Source: Pelagibacteraceae bacterium (lineage in GTDB: Bacteria; Pseudomonadota; Alphaproteobacteria; HIMB59; GCA-002718135). Taken from it: a DNA stretch of 64,000 bases. The position numbers were made by a program, and so were the translations under genes. Where the stretch lies: contig PBDW01000007.1 of NCBI GenBank assembly GCA_002717485.1, forward strand, positions 1,128 to 65,127, in the 5' to 3' direction. Shown piece by piece: positions 47,403 through 56,889 of this stretch (position 1 is its first letter; the number at the start of each line of letters is the position of its first letter). Below the pieces are notes generated by a model, which ran no database searches, was not told the origin of the DNA, and was given only the letters and a program-made list of their open reading frames with translations.

Positions 47403-48920
47403 TTGAACGAATACCAATATAATAAAATTTGCAACGTAAGCGACAAATTGCTGTTATCAAGAGATTCATCCGTTAATAGAATTTCTATTCCCTTTTTGCA
47501 TATTGTTAGCGAACATCCTGAAGATTTAAAGGATTATAAACCTCTGTTTAAAAAATCTAAAAGTTCAAAAATTATAAGAATTACAGTTAATTTAAAAAAC
47601 AAAATTCAATATTTAAAATCTTTTTTAAAATTATTTTTTTGTTTTTTTCATAAGCAAGATTATTGGAAGATAAATTTTAAAAATATAAAAAATCCAATTA
47701 ACATTATTCTAATATCACATTTTATAAATATTAAGCAAACTCAAGAAAATGATGATTTGTATTTTGATAATATTCCAAAAATTATGAATCAAAACAATAA
47801 AAAATGTATTTTAATACTAATAAATCATACGAAAATTAAACCTCAAGTAATAGTAAAAAATTGGAAAAAAAATGGGACTCCAATACTAATACTTTCAAAA
47901 TCTCTTAATTTTTCTAATGAATTACAAATAATTTATAGATGTATTTCGGAAATATCTCGGTTAAAAAAATTAGGTAAGATAAGTTTTAAGAATTTTGATA
48001 AAGAATTTATTAATCTCACAACTAATAAAATATTAAATGAAACTACTATGCTTTCTTTAAGACTAAACTTACAATTAAAGAAAATTGTTAAAGAATACCA
48101 ACCAAAAACTATAGTCACTACATTTGAAGGTAACGCATGGGAAAGAGTTGCATTTTATTCTGCAAGAACTGCAATACCTTCAATAAAATGTATAGGATAC
48201 CAACATTCTAGAATATTTAAATTACAACATTCTTTTAAAAGAAAATTACGTCCTATCTACAATCCAGATTATATAATAACTGCAGGTTTTACTGGCCAAA
48301 AGATATTAAAAAAATTCTATAATAAAAAAAATATTATTTGCGTTGGCAGTCACAGATTAAAACAATTTAACTCTAAAAAATTAAGTAAAAAATTAATTAA
48401 TAAAAAATCTGTTTTAAGGTGTTGTGTTTTACCCGAAGGTTATATTACTGAAGCATTTAAACTTTTTAATTTTTCACTTAAATGTGCAATAATGTATCCT
48501 GAAATTGAATTTGTTTGGAGGTTGCATCCTCATATAGAATTTAAAGATATATTTAACAAATATAACATTTTTAAAAAACTACCTAAAAATATTATTATTT
48601 CAAATAAAAGCTTTGATTATGATTTAAAAAGATGTGATTGGACATTATATAGAGGAACAACTGCAGTAATTCAATCGGTATTATATGGATTAAGACCCAT
48701 TTATTTTAAAATAAACGGAGAATTACCCATTGATACATTATTTGAAATAAAAAAATGGAAGGTAGAAGTAATTAAACCGGAAGAGATTTCAAAGATTATT
48801 AATCATAAACAATTACAAAATAAAAAATTAAATAGTTGCAAGAAAAGTGCTCAAAATTATTGTAAAAGTTATTTTAAAAATTTTAATTTAATTAACTTCA
48901 AAAAAATAATTAATTCTTAA
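47403..48920 (+). CDS. Hypothetical GT-B fold protein, candidate ulosonate transferase
   Basis: GYQHS, VGS.R, LPEG, WRLHP, YRGTTA; follows the kdsB-like gene. Confidence 0.55.
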   Translation: MNEYQYNKICNVSDKLLLSRDSSVNRISIPFLHIVSEHPEDLKDYKPLFKKSKSSKIIRITVNLKNKIQYLKSFLKLFFCFFHKQDYWKINFKNIKNPINIILISHFINIKQTQENDDLYFDNIPKIMNQNNKKCILILINHTKIKPQVIVKNWKKNGTPILILSKSLNFSNELQIIYRCISEISRLKKLGKISFKNFDKEFINLTTNKILNETTMLSLRLNLQLKKIVKEYQPKTIVTTFEGNAWERVAFYSARTAIPSIKCIGYQHSRIFKLQHSFKRKLRPIYNPDYIITAGFTGQKILKKFYNKKNIICVGSHRLKQFNSKKLSKKLINKKSVLRCCVLPEGYITEAFKLFNFSLKCAIMYPEIEFVWRLHPHIEFKDIFNKYNIFKKLPKNIIISNKSFDYDLKRCDWTLYRGTTAVIQSVLYGLRPIYFKINGELPIDTLFEIKKWKVEVIKPEEISKIINHKQLQNKKLNSCKKSAQNYCKSYFKNFNLINFKKIINS

Positions 48921-49733
48921 ATGTATAATCCCAGTACTGATATTTTTTTTTCAATTATAATTTGCTGTTATAATTCAGAAAAATACTTAAAAGAAACAAT
49001 AGAAAGTATAATTGAGCAGACTCATAAAAATTGGGAAATTGTAGCTATAAATGATGGATCTACCGATCAAACTGAAAAAATATTACTAGAATACTCAACA
49101 AAAAATTTTCCTCTAATATACAGAAAACAACCAAATCGTGGATTTGCATTTGCTAGAAATGAAGCTATAAAATTATCGAGCAGTGAGTGGATAGTCATTA
49201 TTGATCACGATGATATTTGTATGCCAGATAGGCTAGAAATTCACGCTAAACAAATTAAGCAAAATCCTAATTCTAAATTATTTTTTGGCGATACAATTCA
49301 CTTTAATAATAAAAATGAAATTATAAGAAAAAATTTTGATATTTTTAATTTTGAAAACATAAATTTAAATGCTGGCAATGCATCTGTTTCATTGCTCAAA
49401 GAGGGCTGCTTTATTGATTCTGAATCAGTAGTTTTTAATAAACACGCTGCTTTAAGAGTAGGAAATTTTAATACAAAATATAAATATGTAGCTGATTATG
49501 ATTTCTTCATCAAAATGGGTAGAATATATGAATTTAATTACACCACTCAAATAGTGTCAAAATGGAGAATTCACGATCAACAAGCGACAATAAAATTAGA
49601 AAAAGAACATACCAATGAGCTTATAAGGGTTTTGTCATTAAATATTTTATCAAAATCAACCCCTGTGTATCTAAAATTTCTATTATCTATTAGAATTATT
49701 AAACAGATAATAAAAGGAATTATAAAAAAATAA
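48921..49733 (+). CDS. GT2 glycosyltransferase
   Basis: SIIICCYN, INDGSTD, ARN, IDHDD, ADYD. Confidence 0.92.
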   Translation: MYNPSTDIFFSIIICCYNSEKYLKETIESIIEQTHKNWEIVAINDGSTDQTEKILLEYSTKNFPLIYRKQPNRGFAFARNEAIKLSSSEWIVIIDHDDICMPDRLEIHAKQIKQNPNSKLFFGDTIHFNNKNEIIRKNFDIFNFENINLNAGNASVSLLKEGCFIDSESVVFNKHAALRVGNFNTKYKYVADYDFFIKMGRIYEFNYTTQIVSKWRIHDQQATIKLEKEHTNELIRVLSLNILSKSTPVYLKFLLSIRIIKQIIKGIIKK

Positions 49734-49742
49734 AAAATATTT

Positions 49743-50744
49743 ATGAGTTTTGAAATTTATTCTGGCAATATTAACAATTGGAATAATTATATTGTAGATT
49801 TACCCAATCATTCCTTTTATCAAATTTTTGAATGGGGCGACTATAGTAAGAGTCAAGGTTGGGAGATTTTAAGATTAATTCAATTTAAAGAAAAGAAAAT
49901 AATTTCAATGTCACAAATACTTTACAAGAAACAATTCGGAGTATATATTTTTTGGCTACCAGGCGGTCCTTCTGGATCATTAGAAAATTGGTTTGATGAA
50001 GTAAGGTCTTTAATTAATGATAGATTTGGATCATTATTTTATTTTAGAGTTAATTCATCATCTTTGTATAATAATTCAGTTAAAAAGAAATTAATATTTT
50101 TAGGATGGCGCAAACCCTTATTACCTTTCACTAAAGAATTAAGAATGGAACTTGCTTTGAATGATAAACTGGAAGACATAAAGTCCAGATTTACTTCTAA
50201 TTGGAGGCATAATTTAAATAGATCAAAAAAGTATGATTTGAAAGTATCAAAAGTTATAAATCCAAATGTTGATGAAATGATGAAAATTTATAAAGAGATG
50301 GAGAATCTAAAATCATTATCTAAGCAGTATAACAGGGAAGAGGTGGTAAAAATTTTTAAATATATGAATAATAAAATAGTACTCTATCAATGTAGAAATA
50401 AATCGAACATATTATTGTCTTTCAGGGCTATTATTATTAATAAAGATAAAGCATCGGATATTTTAGCAGCGTCAAGCATTGAAGCTAGAAAAGTTTATGC
50501 ATCTTACGCAACATTATGGGCTATTATCGAATATTGTGTTTCGCAAAAAGTAAAAACATATGATCTCAGCGGTGTAGATCCAGAAAAAAATATTGGTGTA
50601 TATAATTTTAAAAAAGGTACTGGTAGCAAATTAATTAATTGCATTGGAGAATGGGAATACTCAAAAATGAGATTTATTAGAATAGCTATTTTTTTTAGAC
50701 AAATTTCTATCAATTTTCTTAAAATGATTAAATTCATACAGTAA
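49743..50744 (+). CDS. FemAB/FemX-like aminoacyltransferase
   Basis: FYQ..EWG..K, PGGP, WR.N..RS.K, LW..I, YDL.G, GVYNFKKG.G, GEW. Confidence 0.8.
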   Translation: MSFEIYSGNINNWNNYIVDLPNHSFYQIFEWGDYSKSQGWEILRLIQFKEKKIISMSQILYKKQFGVYIFWLPGGPSGSLENWFDEVRSLINDRFGSLFYFRVNSSSLYNNSVKKKLIFLGWRKPLLPFTKELRMELALNDKLEDIKSRFTSNWRHNLNRSKKYDLKVSKVINPNVDEMMKIYKEMENLKSLSKQYNREEVVKIFKYMNNKIVLYQCRNKSNILLSFRAIIINKDKASDILAASSIEARKVYASYATLWAIIEYCVSQKVKTYDLSGVDPEKNIGVYNFKKGTGSKLINCIGEWEYSKMRFIRIAIFFRQISINFLKMIKFIQ

Positions 50745-50750
50745 TTATTT

Positions 50751-51695
50751 ATGATTAAACATTTTTCACATGCAAGAACTGCATTTAAATATGGCCTAAA
50801 AACTCTTAATATTCAAAAAGAAGATGAGATACTGATACCAGATTTTAATTGTGATGTTATGCTGCATCCTTTTTCTCAGTTAAAAATTAAATACAATTAT
50901 TATGAAATTGATAATCAATTAAAACCAGATTGGCATAAGCTGGAAAAATTAATTACAGTTAAAACCAAGGCAGTATTAATGGTACATTATTTTGGACAGC
51001 CCCAAAATATTGAAAAGTTTAGAAATTTTTGCAATAAACATAAATTATTTTTAATTGAAGACAATGCCCATGGTCACGGAGGAAAATTTAATGATAAAAT
51101 TTTAGGTACTTTTGGAGATATAGGTATTTCATCTCCGAGAAAAATAATAAATACACAATCTGGCGGTATACTATTTAATAATACCAAAATAGATTTTAAT
51201 TTTCCTCAATTACCCCCTTATCCTATTTCAAATAATATGAATATTATAAGAAATTATTTAAATTATTTTCCAAATTTTAAATTATTTTTAAAGAAAATTA
51301 TCAGGAAAAGACCTCTATATGAAGATCCAAAAGCTTTTAGAGAACTTGAAATTTTAGATTATTCTGTTGATGAAAAATCACAAGAATTATTTAATCTCAC
51401 TAATTGGGGTAAGATAATTAGAGACAGGCAGATTTGCTATTACAAATGGCAAGATTTTGCATTAAGCAAAGGTTTAAAGCCAGTGTATGACAATCTTTAT
51501 CCTTTAGCAAATCCCTGGTGCTTTCCTGCTTATACTAAAAGTAAAGATGAGTCAGCATATTGGTATAAGTGGGGATGGAAAAATAACAAATTAGTTTTTT
51601 CTTGGCCCACTCTACCGAATGAATTAATATATAGGGATTCTTCAACATTAGATCGGTGGAAAAAATTAATTTGTTTCTCAACTTTATCATTTTAA
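50751..51695 (+). CDS. Divergent DegT-like PLP-dependent enzyme
   Basis: ARTA, EILIP, VHYFG, IEDNAH, SSPRK, GG. Confidence 0.75.
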   Translation: MIKHFSHARTAFKYGLKTLNIQKEDEILIPDFNCDVMLHPFSQLKIKYNYYEIDNQLKPDWHKLEKLITVKTKAVLMVHYFGQPQNIEKFRNFCNKHKLFLIEDNAHGHGGKFNDKILGTFGDIGISSPRKIINTQSGGILFNNTKIDFNFPQLPPYPISNNMNIIRNYLNYFPNFKLFLKKIIRKRPLYEDPKAFRELEILDYSVDEKSQELFNLTNWGKIIRDRQICYYKWQDFALSKGLKPVYDNLYPLANPWCFPAYTKSKDESAYWYKWGWKNNKLVFSWPTLPNELIYRDSSTLDRWKKLICFSTLSF

Positions 51696-51707
51696 TTTTA
51701 TAGAGAT

Positions 51708-52691
51708 TTGAAAAAAGTATTAAAAAAATACATAAAAAATCAAATAAACTTGATACGACACTTAAGTGTCAAAACTTTTGATTTTAGAAGCAAATGTATA
51801 ATTTTATTATATCATAGAGTATTGCCGGGCCATAATTATAACCCTTATGGAACCATAATAAATAAAGATATTTTTGAGTTACAAATAAAATATCTGTCAA
51901 AAAATTATCATATAGTTACACTTGATGATTTATTTAATAAAAAAAAATTAGATACCAGGAAAAATTATACTAATATTGCAATAACATTTGATGACGGATA
52001 CTGTGATAATTATACATACGCATATCCTATATTAAAAAAAATGGGGTTAAGTGCAACTTTTTTTCTTCCAACGGATTTTATTGGAAAAAAAATTCCAATC
52101 TGGGATTGGCAATTAGCAAAAATGTTAAATAATAATGATAATAATGTAATAGTAGAAAATGAAAAAAATAATTCAATTGTTATTAATAGAAAAGACTTTA
52201 ATCATAGAAATAATGATTTTATCTGGAATCTTTCAAAATACTTAAAATATTTAGTTCCAGAAAAAAGAGATTATATAATGAAATCTATTGCAAGACAATT
52301 AGGTCATTCAGAAAGTTCTTTATTTGAAGATCAAGATAGGTGCCTAAACTGGAATGAAATTCATGAAATGAAAAAAAATAATATGCAATTTGGGAGTCAT
52401 GGTTGCTCACATACTTCATTTAAAAAATTAGAATCGAAATTCTTAAAGAAAGAATTGGAAACAAGTAAAAATATCATTGAAAATGAGCTCGGTAGCGTAT
52501 GTAAATATATTGCACTACCTTTTGGGAGCGGTGACGATTACGACCAAGATACTATAGAAAATGTTAAAAAAGTTGGTTTTGAAAAATGTTTTTTAAATAT
52601 TCATGGCTATAATAAATTTAATTCAGATCCTTATTTAATGAAAAGGATTATTATGAATAATGAAAAGAAATATAAATTAATATTAGGTTGA
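51708..52691 (+). CDS. Polysaccharide deacetylase (NodB/CE4)
   Basis: LLYHRV, ITFDDGY, ATFF, GSHGCSH, LPFG. Confidence 0.9.
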   Translation: MKKVLKKYIKNQINLIRHLSVKTFDFRSKCIILLYHRVLPGHNYNPYGTIINKDIFELQIKYLSKNYHIVTLDDLFNKKKLDTRKNYTNIAITFDDGYCDNYTYAYPILKKMGLSATFFLPTDFIGKKIPIWDWQLAKMLNNNDNNVIVENEKNNSIVINRKDFNHRNNDFIWNLSKYLKYLVPEKRDYIMKSIARQLGHSESSLFEDQDRCLNWNEIHEMKKNNMQFGSHGCSHTSFKKLESKFLKKELETSKNIIENELGSVCKYIALPFGSGDDYDQDTIENVKKVGFEKCFLNIHGYNKFNSDPYLMKRIIMNNEKKYKLILG

Positions 52692-52693
52692 CA

Positions 52694-53680
52694 ATGATGG
52701 AAAAAGTAAATTGTGATTTTTGTAGAAGTAATAATTACAAAACAGTTATAAGGCAAAAAGATTTAATCCATAAGACAAGTGATGAAATTTTCGAAATTGT
52801 TGAATGTCAAGAATGTGGATTAAAATTCACTAATCCTCGTCCAAAAATGGAAGAAATTCAAAAATATTATTCAGAAGATTATGCATTTCATTTATCTCAA
52901 TCAACATTAAAAATATACTTCACCACTTTTGCAGAAGTAATTGCTAATATGCCTTTTTCCAGCATATTTGACTTAATCCCATTTGTTGGAAAAAAATTAT
53001 CACAATTTGTAAAACCCTTAATTAAAGATCCTGTTTTGAAATATTTTAAAGCTGGGGGATTTGGACCATTGTTAGATATAGGGTGCGGTTCCGGTTCTTA
53101 TGCCCATTATTGGGGAAGATCAGGTTCACTTCTGTCATATAATAAATACTGTGAAGTATACGGTATAGAAACTAATGATAAAGCAAGAATGAAAATATCA
53201 TCATACAATATCAAAACTTGGGAAAATATTGACCAAATTGAAAAAAGTAATAAATTTGGAATTATACGTATGAACTGGTCTCTGGAACACGTACATGCGC
53301 CTTCAAAATATTTCTCATTTATGAAGAAGCATTTAGCAGATAATGGAAAAATAATTATAACTGTACCAAATTATGATGGTATAATATACAGACTTTCACC
53401 AAATTGCGTTGAACTTCCTATTCATCTTTACCACTTTAGGAAAAACGATATTATGAATTATGCAAAAATGAACAATTTAACTGTAACAAGTTTAAAAACC
53501 TTTTCTTACTATCAAATGTTTGTTTTTGCTTCAAAAATAGGATTACTTCCACAATCAATGATGCTTAAAGATTCAATAAAAAAAGCAAAGGCTTTCAAAG
53601 ATATTTTTTTACATATTGATGAGGCCGGTTTTGGCAATGATATGATAATTGAAATGCAACATTCATCTTTTAATAGTTAA
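52694..53680 (+). CDS. Class I SAM methyltransferase with N-terminal Zn ribbon
   Basis: CDFC..CQEC, NPRP, LDIGCGSG, WSLEH, TVPN, P.HLYHF. Confidence 0.88.
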   Translation: MMEKVNCDFCRSNNYKTVIRQKDLIHKTSDEIFEIVECQECGLKFTNPRPKMEEIQKYYSEDYAFHLSQSTLKIYFTTFAEVIANMPFSSIFDLIPFVGKKLSQFVKPLIKDPVLKYFKAGGFGPLLDIGCGSGSYAHYWGRSGSLLSYNKYCEVYGIETNDKARMKISSYNIKTWENIDQIEKSNKFGIIRMNWSLEHVHAPSKYFSFMKKHLADNGKIIITVPNYDGIIYRLSPNCVELPIHLYHFRKNDIMNYAKMNNLTVTSLKTFSYYQMFVFASKIGLLPQSMMLKDSIKKAKAFKDIFLHIDEAGFGNDMIIEMQHSSFNS

Positions 53681-53714
53681 AGCGATAGTTTAAGTGGTTA
53701 TTGAGATTCATAAA

Positions 53715-54755
53715 ATGAATAAAAATCAAAAATCAATACTTATCTTAGGAGCCAATGGCTTCATAGGAAATGCCCTTGTTAAAGATTTATGCAATGATGG
53801 CACTATGAAGATTTATGGTATGGATATTGAAAATAATAAACTTGACCATTCTTTGGGAAATCCAAATTTTGTATTTGAAAAAGGAGACATTAATTCTAGT
53901 GATAAATGGATTAAGGATCATATTAAAAAATGTGATATCATTGTACCATTGGTTGCTATAGCTACACCTAATGTCTACGTTAAGGACCCTCTTAAGATAT
54001 TTCAATTGGATTTTGAATCAAATCTTAAAATTATAAAGTGGGTAGCTGAATATAATAAAAGAGTAATCTTTCCTTCAACTAGCGAAGTATATGGTATTAC
54101 TAGTGATAAGGAATTTAATGAATACACAACAAATTTGACTGTTGGCCCTGTTCACAAGTCTCGATGGATTTATTCAGTTTCAAAACAATTGTTAGATAGA
54201 ATAATTATTGCCTATGGTGAAAAGGGATTGCTGGATTATACAATATTTAGACCTTTCAATTGGATTGGCCCTAGATTAGATTCTTTAAAATTAGCCCAAC
54301 TAGGTAATGGAAGAGTATTATCAATTTTCATATATAATTTATTAAATAATAAAGATTTAATAGTTGTTGGAGACGGTAATCAAAGCAGGTCTTTTACATA
54401 TATTGATGATGGAATCGATGCATTAAAAAGAATTATTTATAATAGTTCTGGTAATGATTTGAATAAAAAAATATTCAATATAGGAAATCCAGATAATAAT
54501 ATAAATATTAATAATTTGGCTAAAATCTTAATTGAAGAATATAATAAAATTTATCCAAAAAATTTTACTGGTAAAATAACAAACCAGGATCATAAGATCT
54601 TCTATGGTGAAGGCTATGAAGATATACCGGTAAGAGTTCCTGATATTCGGGAAGCAAAAAAAATACTTAATTGGGCGCCAAAATATGATTTAAAAATGTC
54701 AATAAGAGAGACATTAAATTCATTTATTAAAGAAAAAGAAAATAACAAATTGTAA
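53715..54755 (+). CDS. arnA: UDP-glucuronate oxidase/decarboxylase (ArnA C-terminal domain only)
   Basis: LGANGFIG, PLVAIATP, LDFE.NL, FPSTSEVYG, RWIYSVSKQLLDR, RPFNWIGPRLD, YG.GYED. Confidence 0.9.
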   Translation: MNKNQKSILILGANGFIGNALVKDLCNDGTMKIYGMDIENNKLDHSLGNPNFVFEKGDINSSDKWIKDHIKKCDIIVPLVAIATPNVYVKDPLKIFQLDFESNLKIIKWVAEYNKRVIFPSTSEVYGITSDKEFNEYTTNLTVGPVHKSRWIYSVSKQLLDRIIIAYGEKGLLDYTIFRPFNWIGPRLDSLKLAQLGNGRVLSIFIYNLLNNKDLIVVGDGNQSRSFTYIDDGIDALKRIIYNSSGNDLNKKIFNIGNPDNNININNLAKILIEEYNKIYPKNFTGKITNQDHKIFYGEGYEDIPVRVPDIREAKKILNWAPKYDLKMSIRETLNSFIKEKENNKL

Positions 54756-54765
54756 TAATTATTGT

Positions 54766-55890
54766 ATGAAAGTAGAATTTTATAAACATAATTTAGGTAA
54801 AGAGGAAAATAATCTTTTTCAAGAGGTCTTAAACTCAACATTTATAACAACAGGGCCAATGACCAAAAAGTTTGAAAATGAATTTTCGAAATATATTGGA
54901 ATCTCAAATAGTATTGGAGTTACAAATGGAACAACAGGTTTGTTTCTTGCATTAAATGCTCTAGGGATTGGAAGTGGTGATGAAGTAATAACTACACCAA
55001 TGTCTTTTATTGCAACTTCAAATTCTATAATTCAAAATGGCGCAAAACCTATCTTTGTAGACGTTGAAGCTCAGTCAGGTAATATTGATGCAGAAAAAAT
55101 AGAACAGGCAATTACCCCTAAGACCAAGGCAATTTTACCTGTTCATCTTTATGGTCAGATGTGCGATATGAAAAAAATTAAAAAAATTGCTGATGCAAAT
55201 AACTTAATAATTGTAGAAGATAGTGCTCATTGCATAGAAGGTTTTAGAGATAACATTCGTCCAGGTGAATTAAGTAACGCTGCAGTTTTTAGCTTCTATG
55301 CTACAAAAAATATTTCATCAGGTGAAGGCGGTGCAGTCTGCACAAATGATACAGAGTTAAAAGAAAAACTTATCAAATTAAGATCTCACGGTATGAATAA
55401 TATTGCTAAAGATAGACATTCTGTAGGTTTTAAACATTGGGATATGGATCTACTTGGCTATAAAAGCAATATGAATGACATTCAAGCATCTTTACTAATC
55501 CCGCAATTAAGTAAAATTGAAAATTTTTTGAAGATAAGAGAAGAGATTAGCAAAAGATATGAGAAAGCTTTTTCATTAAACGACAATATTAAAACTCCAT
55601 TGTCGCTTCCAAATACCCGACACGCACGTCATCTTTTTACCATAAGGGTTAATCCAAAAATAAGGGATAATGTTATTTTAAGTCTTCAAAAAGCAGATAT
55701 TGGTGTTACCGTCAATTATCGTTCAATAAACCTTCTTAAATACTATAAAAAAATGTTTAATTATACAGGCGGAGAATTTCCAATTTCTGAAGAAATTGGA
55801 GAATCAAGTATTTCATTGCCTCTTTATCCTAAATTAAAGACAGAAGAGGTTGATTATGTTATTGAAAAGGTATTACTTTCAGTAAATTAG
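54766..55890 (+). CDS. arnB: ArnB-like DegT aminotransferase
   Basis: ITTGP, GDEVIT, EDSAH, SFYATKN, EGG, G.K.NM.D; lies between arnA- and arnC-like genes. Confidence 0.8.
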   Translation: MKVEFYKHNLGKEENNLFQEVLNSTFITTGPMTKKFENEFSKYIGISNSIGVTNGTTGLFLALNALGIGSGDEVITTPMSFIATSNSIIQNGAKPIFVDVEAQSGNIDAEKIEQAITPKTKAILPVHLYGQMCDMKKIKKIADANNLIIVEDSAHCIEGFRDNIRPGELSNAAVFSFYATKNISSGEGGAVCTNDTELKEKLIKLRSHGMNNIAKDRHSVGFKHWDMDLLGYKSNMNDIQASLLIPQLSKIENFLKIREEISKRYEKAFSLNDNIKTPLSLPNTRHARHLFTIRVNPKIRDNVILSLQKADIGVTVNYRSINLLKYYKKMFNYTGGEFPISEEIGESSISLPLYPKLKTEEVDYVIEKVLLSVN

Positions 55891-55950
55891 TATTATTATC
55901 TAAATTGATAATTTGATGAAATTTATTAAAAAAATTAGAATAATAAAAAA

Positions 55951-56889
55951 ATGCTTTCTGTAATTGTTCCTGTTTATAATGAAGAAGAAAATCTGGAAGA
56001 GTTTCACAGAAGACTCTTAGAAGTTTGTTCTTTGTTAAAGGAAGAGTATGAGATTATTTATGTAGATGATGGGAGCAACGATAAAAGTATTGAAATAATT
56101 AAGAATTTTGTAGAAAGCAATTCTCATACACTTTACATATCATTATATAGAAACTTTGGGCAACATGCGTCAGTTATGGCAGGTTTTAGTCAGGCACAGG
56201 GTAATATTATTATGACTTTAGATGCAGATTTGCAGAATCCTCCCGAAGAGATTCCAAAATTTATTGAAAAAAGTAATAGCGGATTTGATGTTATTGCTGG
56301 CAGAAGAATCAACAGAAAAGATTCAATTTCTCGAAAAATTTTGTCAAACTTTATGAATAAAATTATTTCATTTATGACAGGAGTTAAATTACATGATTAT
56401 GGCTGTATGATGAGGCTTTATAGTCGACCAATTATTGACCAATTACTGAAATTTGGTGAAAAGAGTGTATACATACCAGCCTTTACTACCTGGCTTAGCA
56501 AAAAGACATTAGAAATTGATATTAATCACGATAAGAGGCAAAAAGGTAAAACTAAATACTCACTTTTAAAACTGATGCGTCAAGCCTTCGATTTAATTAC
56601 CGCCTATACTTTAGTTCCAATACAATTAATTGGTTTGTTTGGCTTTTTTTTATTTCTTCTCGGCATATTTCTTTTTTTCTATCTAATGTATTTTAGGATA
56701 TTTGTAGGTTCCCCAAGTTCTCTTACTTCTTTTATTGCAATATTAATTTTTTTATCTGGTTCGATACTTTTTGCTTTAGGTATTATAAGCGAGTACCTAG
56801 TCAGACTATATAAAGAGGTTAGAAAAATGCCTTTGTATGTAATTAGAGAAAGCAGTTTCGATCTAAATGACAAAAGAAATAGTAAATAG
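55951..56889 (+). CDS. arnC: ArnC/GtrB-like polyprenyl-phosphate glycosyltransferase
   Basis: VPVYNEE, DDGS, RNFGQH.S.MAGF, TLDADLQNPPEEIP, DYGCM.R.Y.R, two C-terminal TM helices. Confidence 0.85.
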   Translation: MLSVIVPVYNEEENLEEFHRRLLEVCSLLKEEYEIIYVDDGSNDKSIEIIKNFVESNSHTLYISLYRNFGQHASVMAGFSQAQGNIIMTLDADLQNPPEEIPKFIEKSNSGFDVIAGRRINRKDSISRKILSNFMNKIISFMTGVKLHDYGCMMRLYSRPIIDQLLKFGEKSVYIPAFTTWLSKKTLEIDINHDKRQKGKTKYSLLKLMRQAFDLITAYTLVPIQLIGLFGFFLFLLGIFLFFYLMYFRIFVGSPSSLTSFIAILIFLSGSILFALGIISEYLVRLYKEVRKMPLYVIRESSFDLNDKRNSK

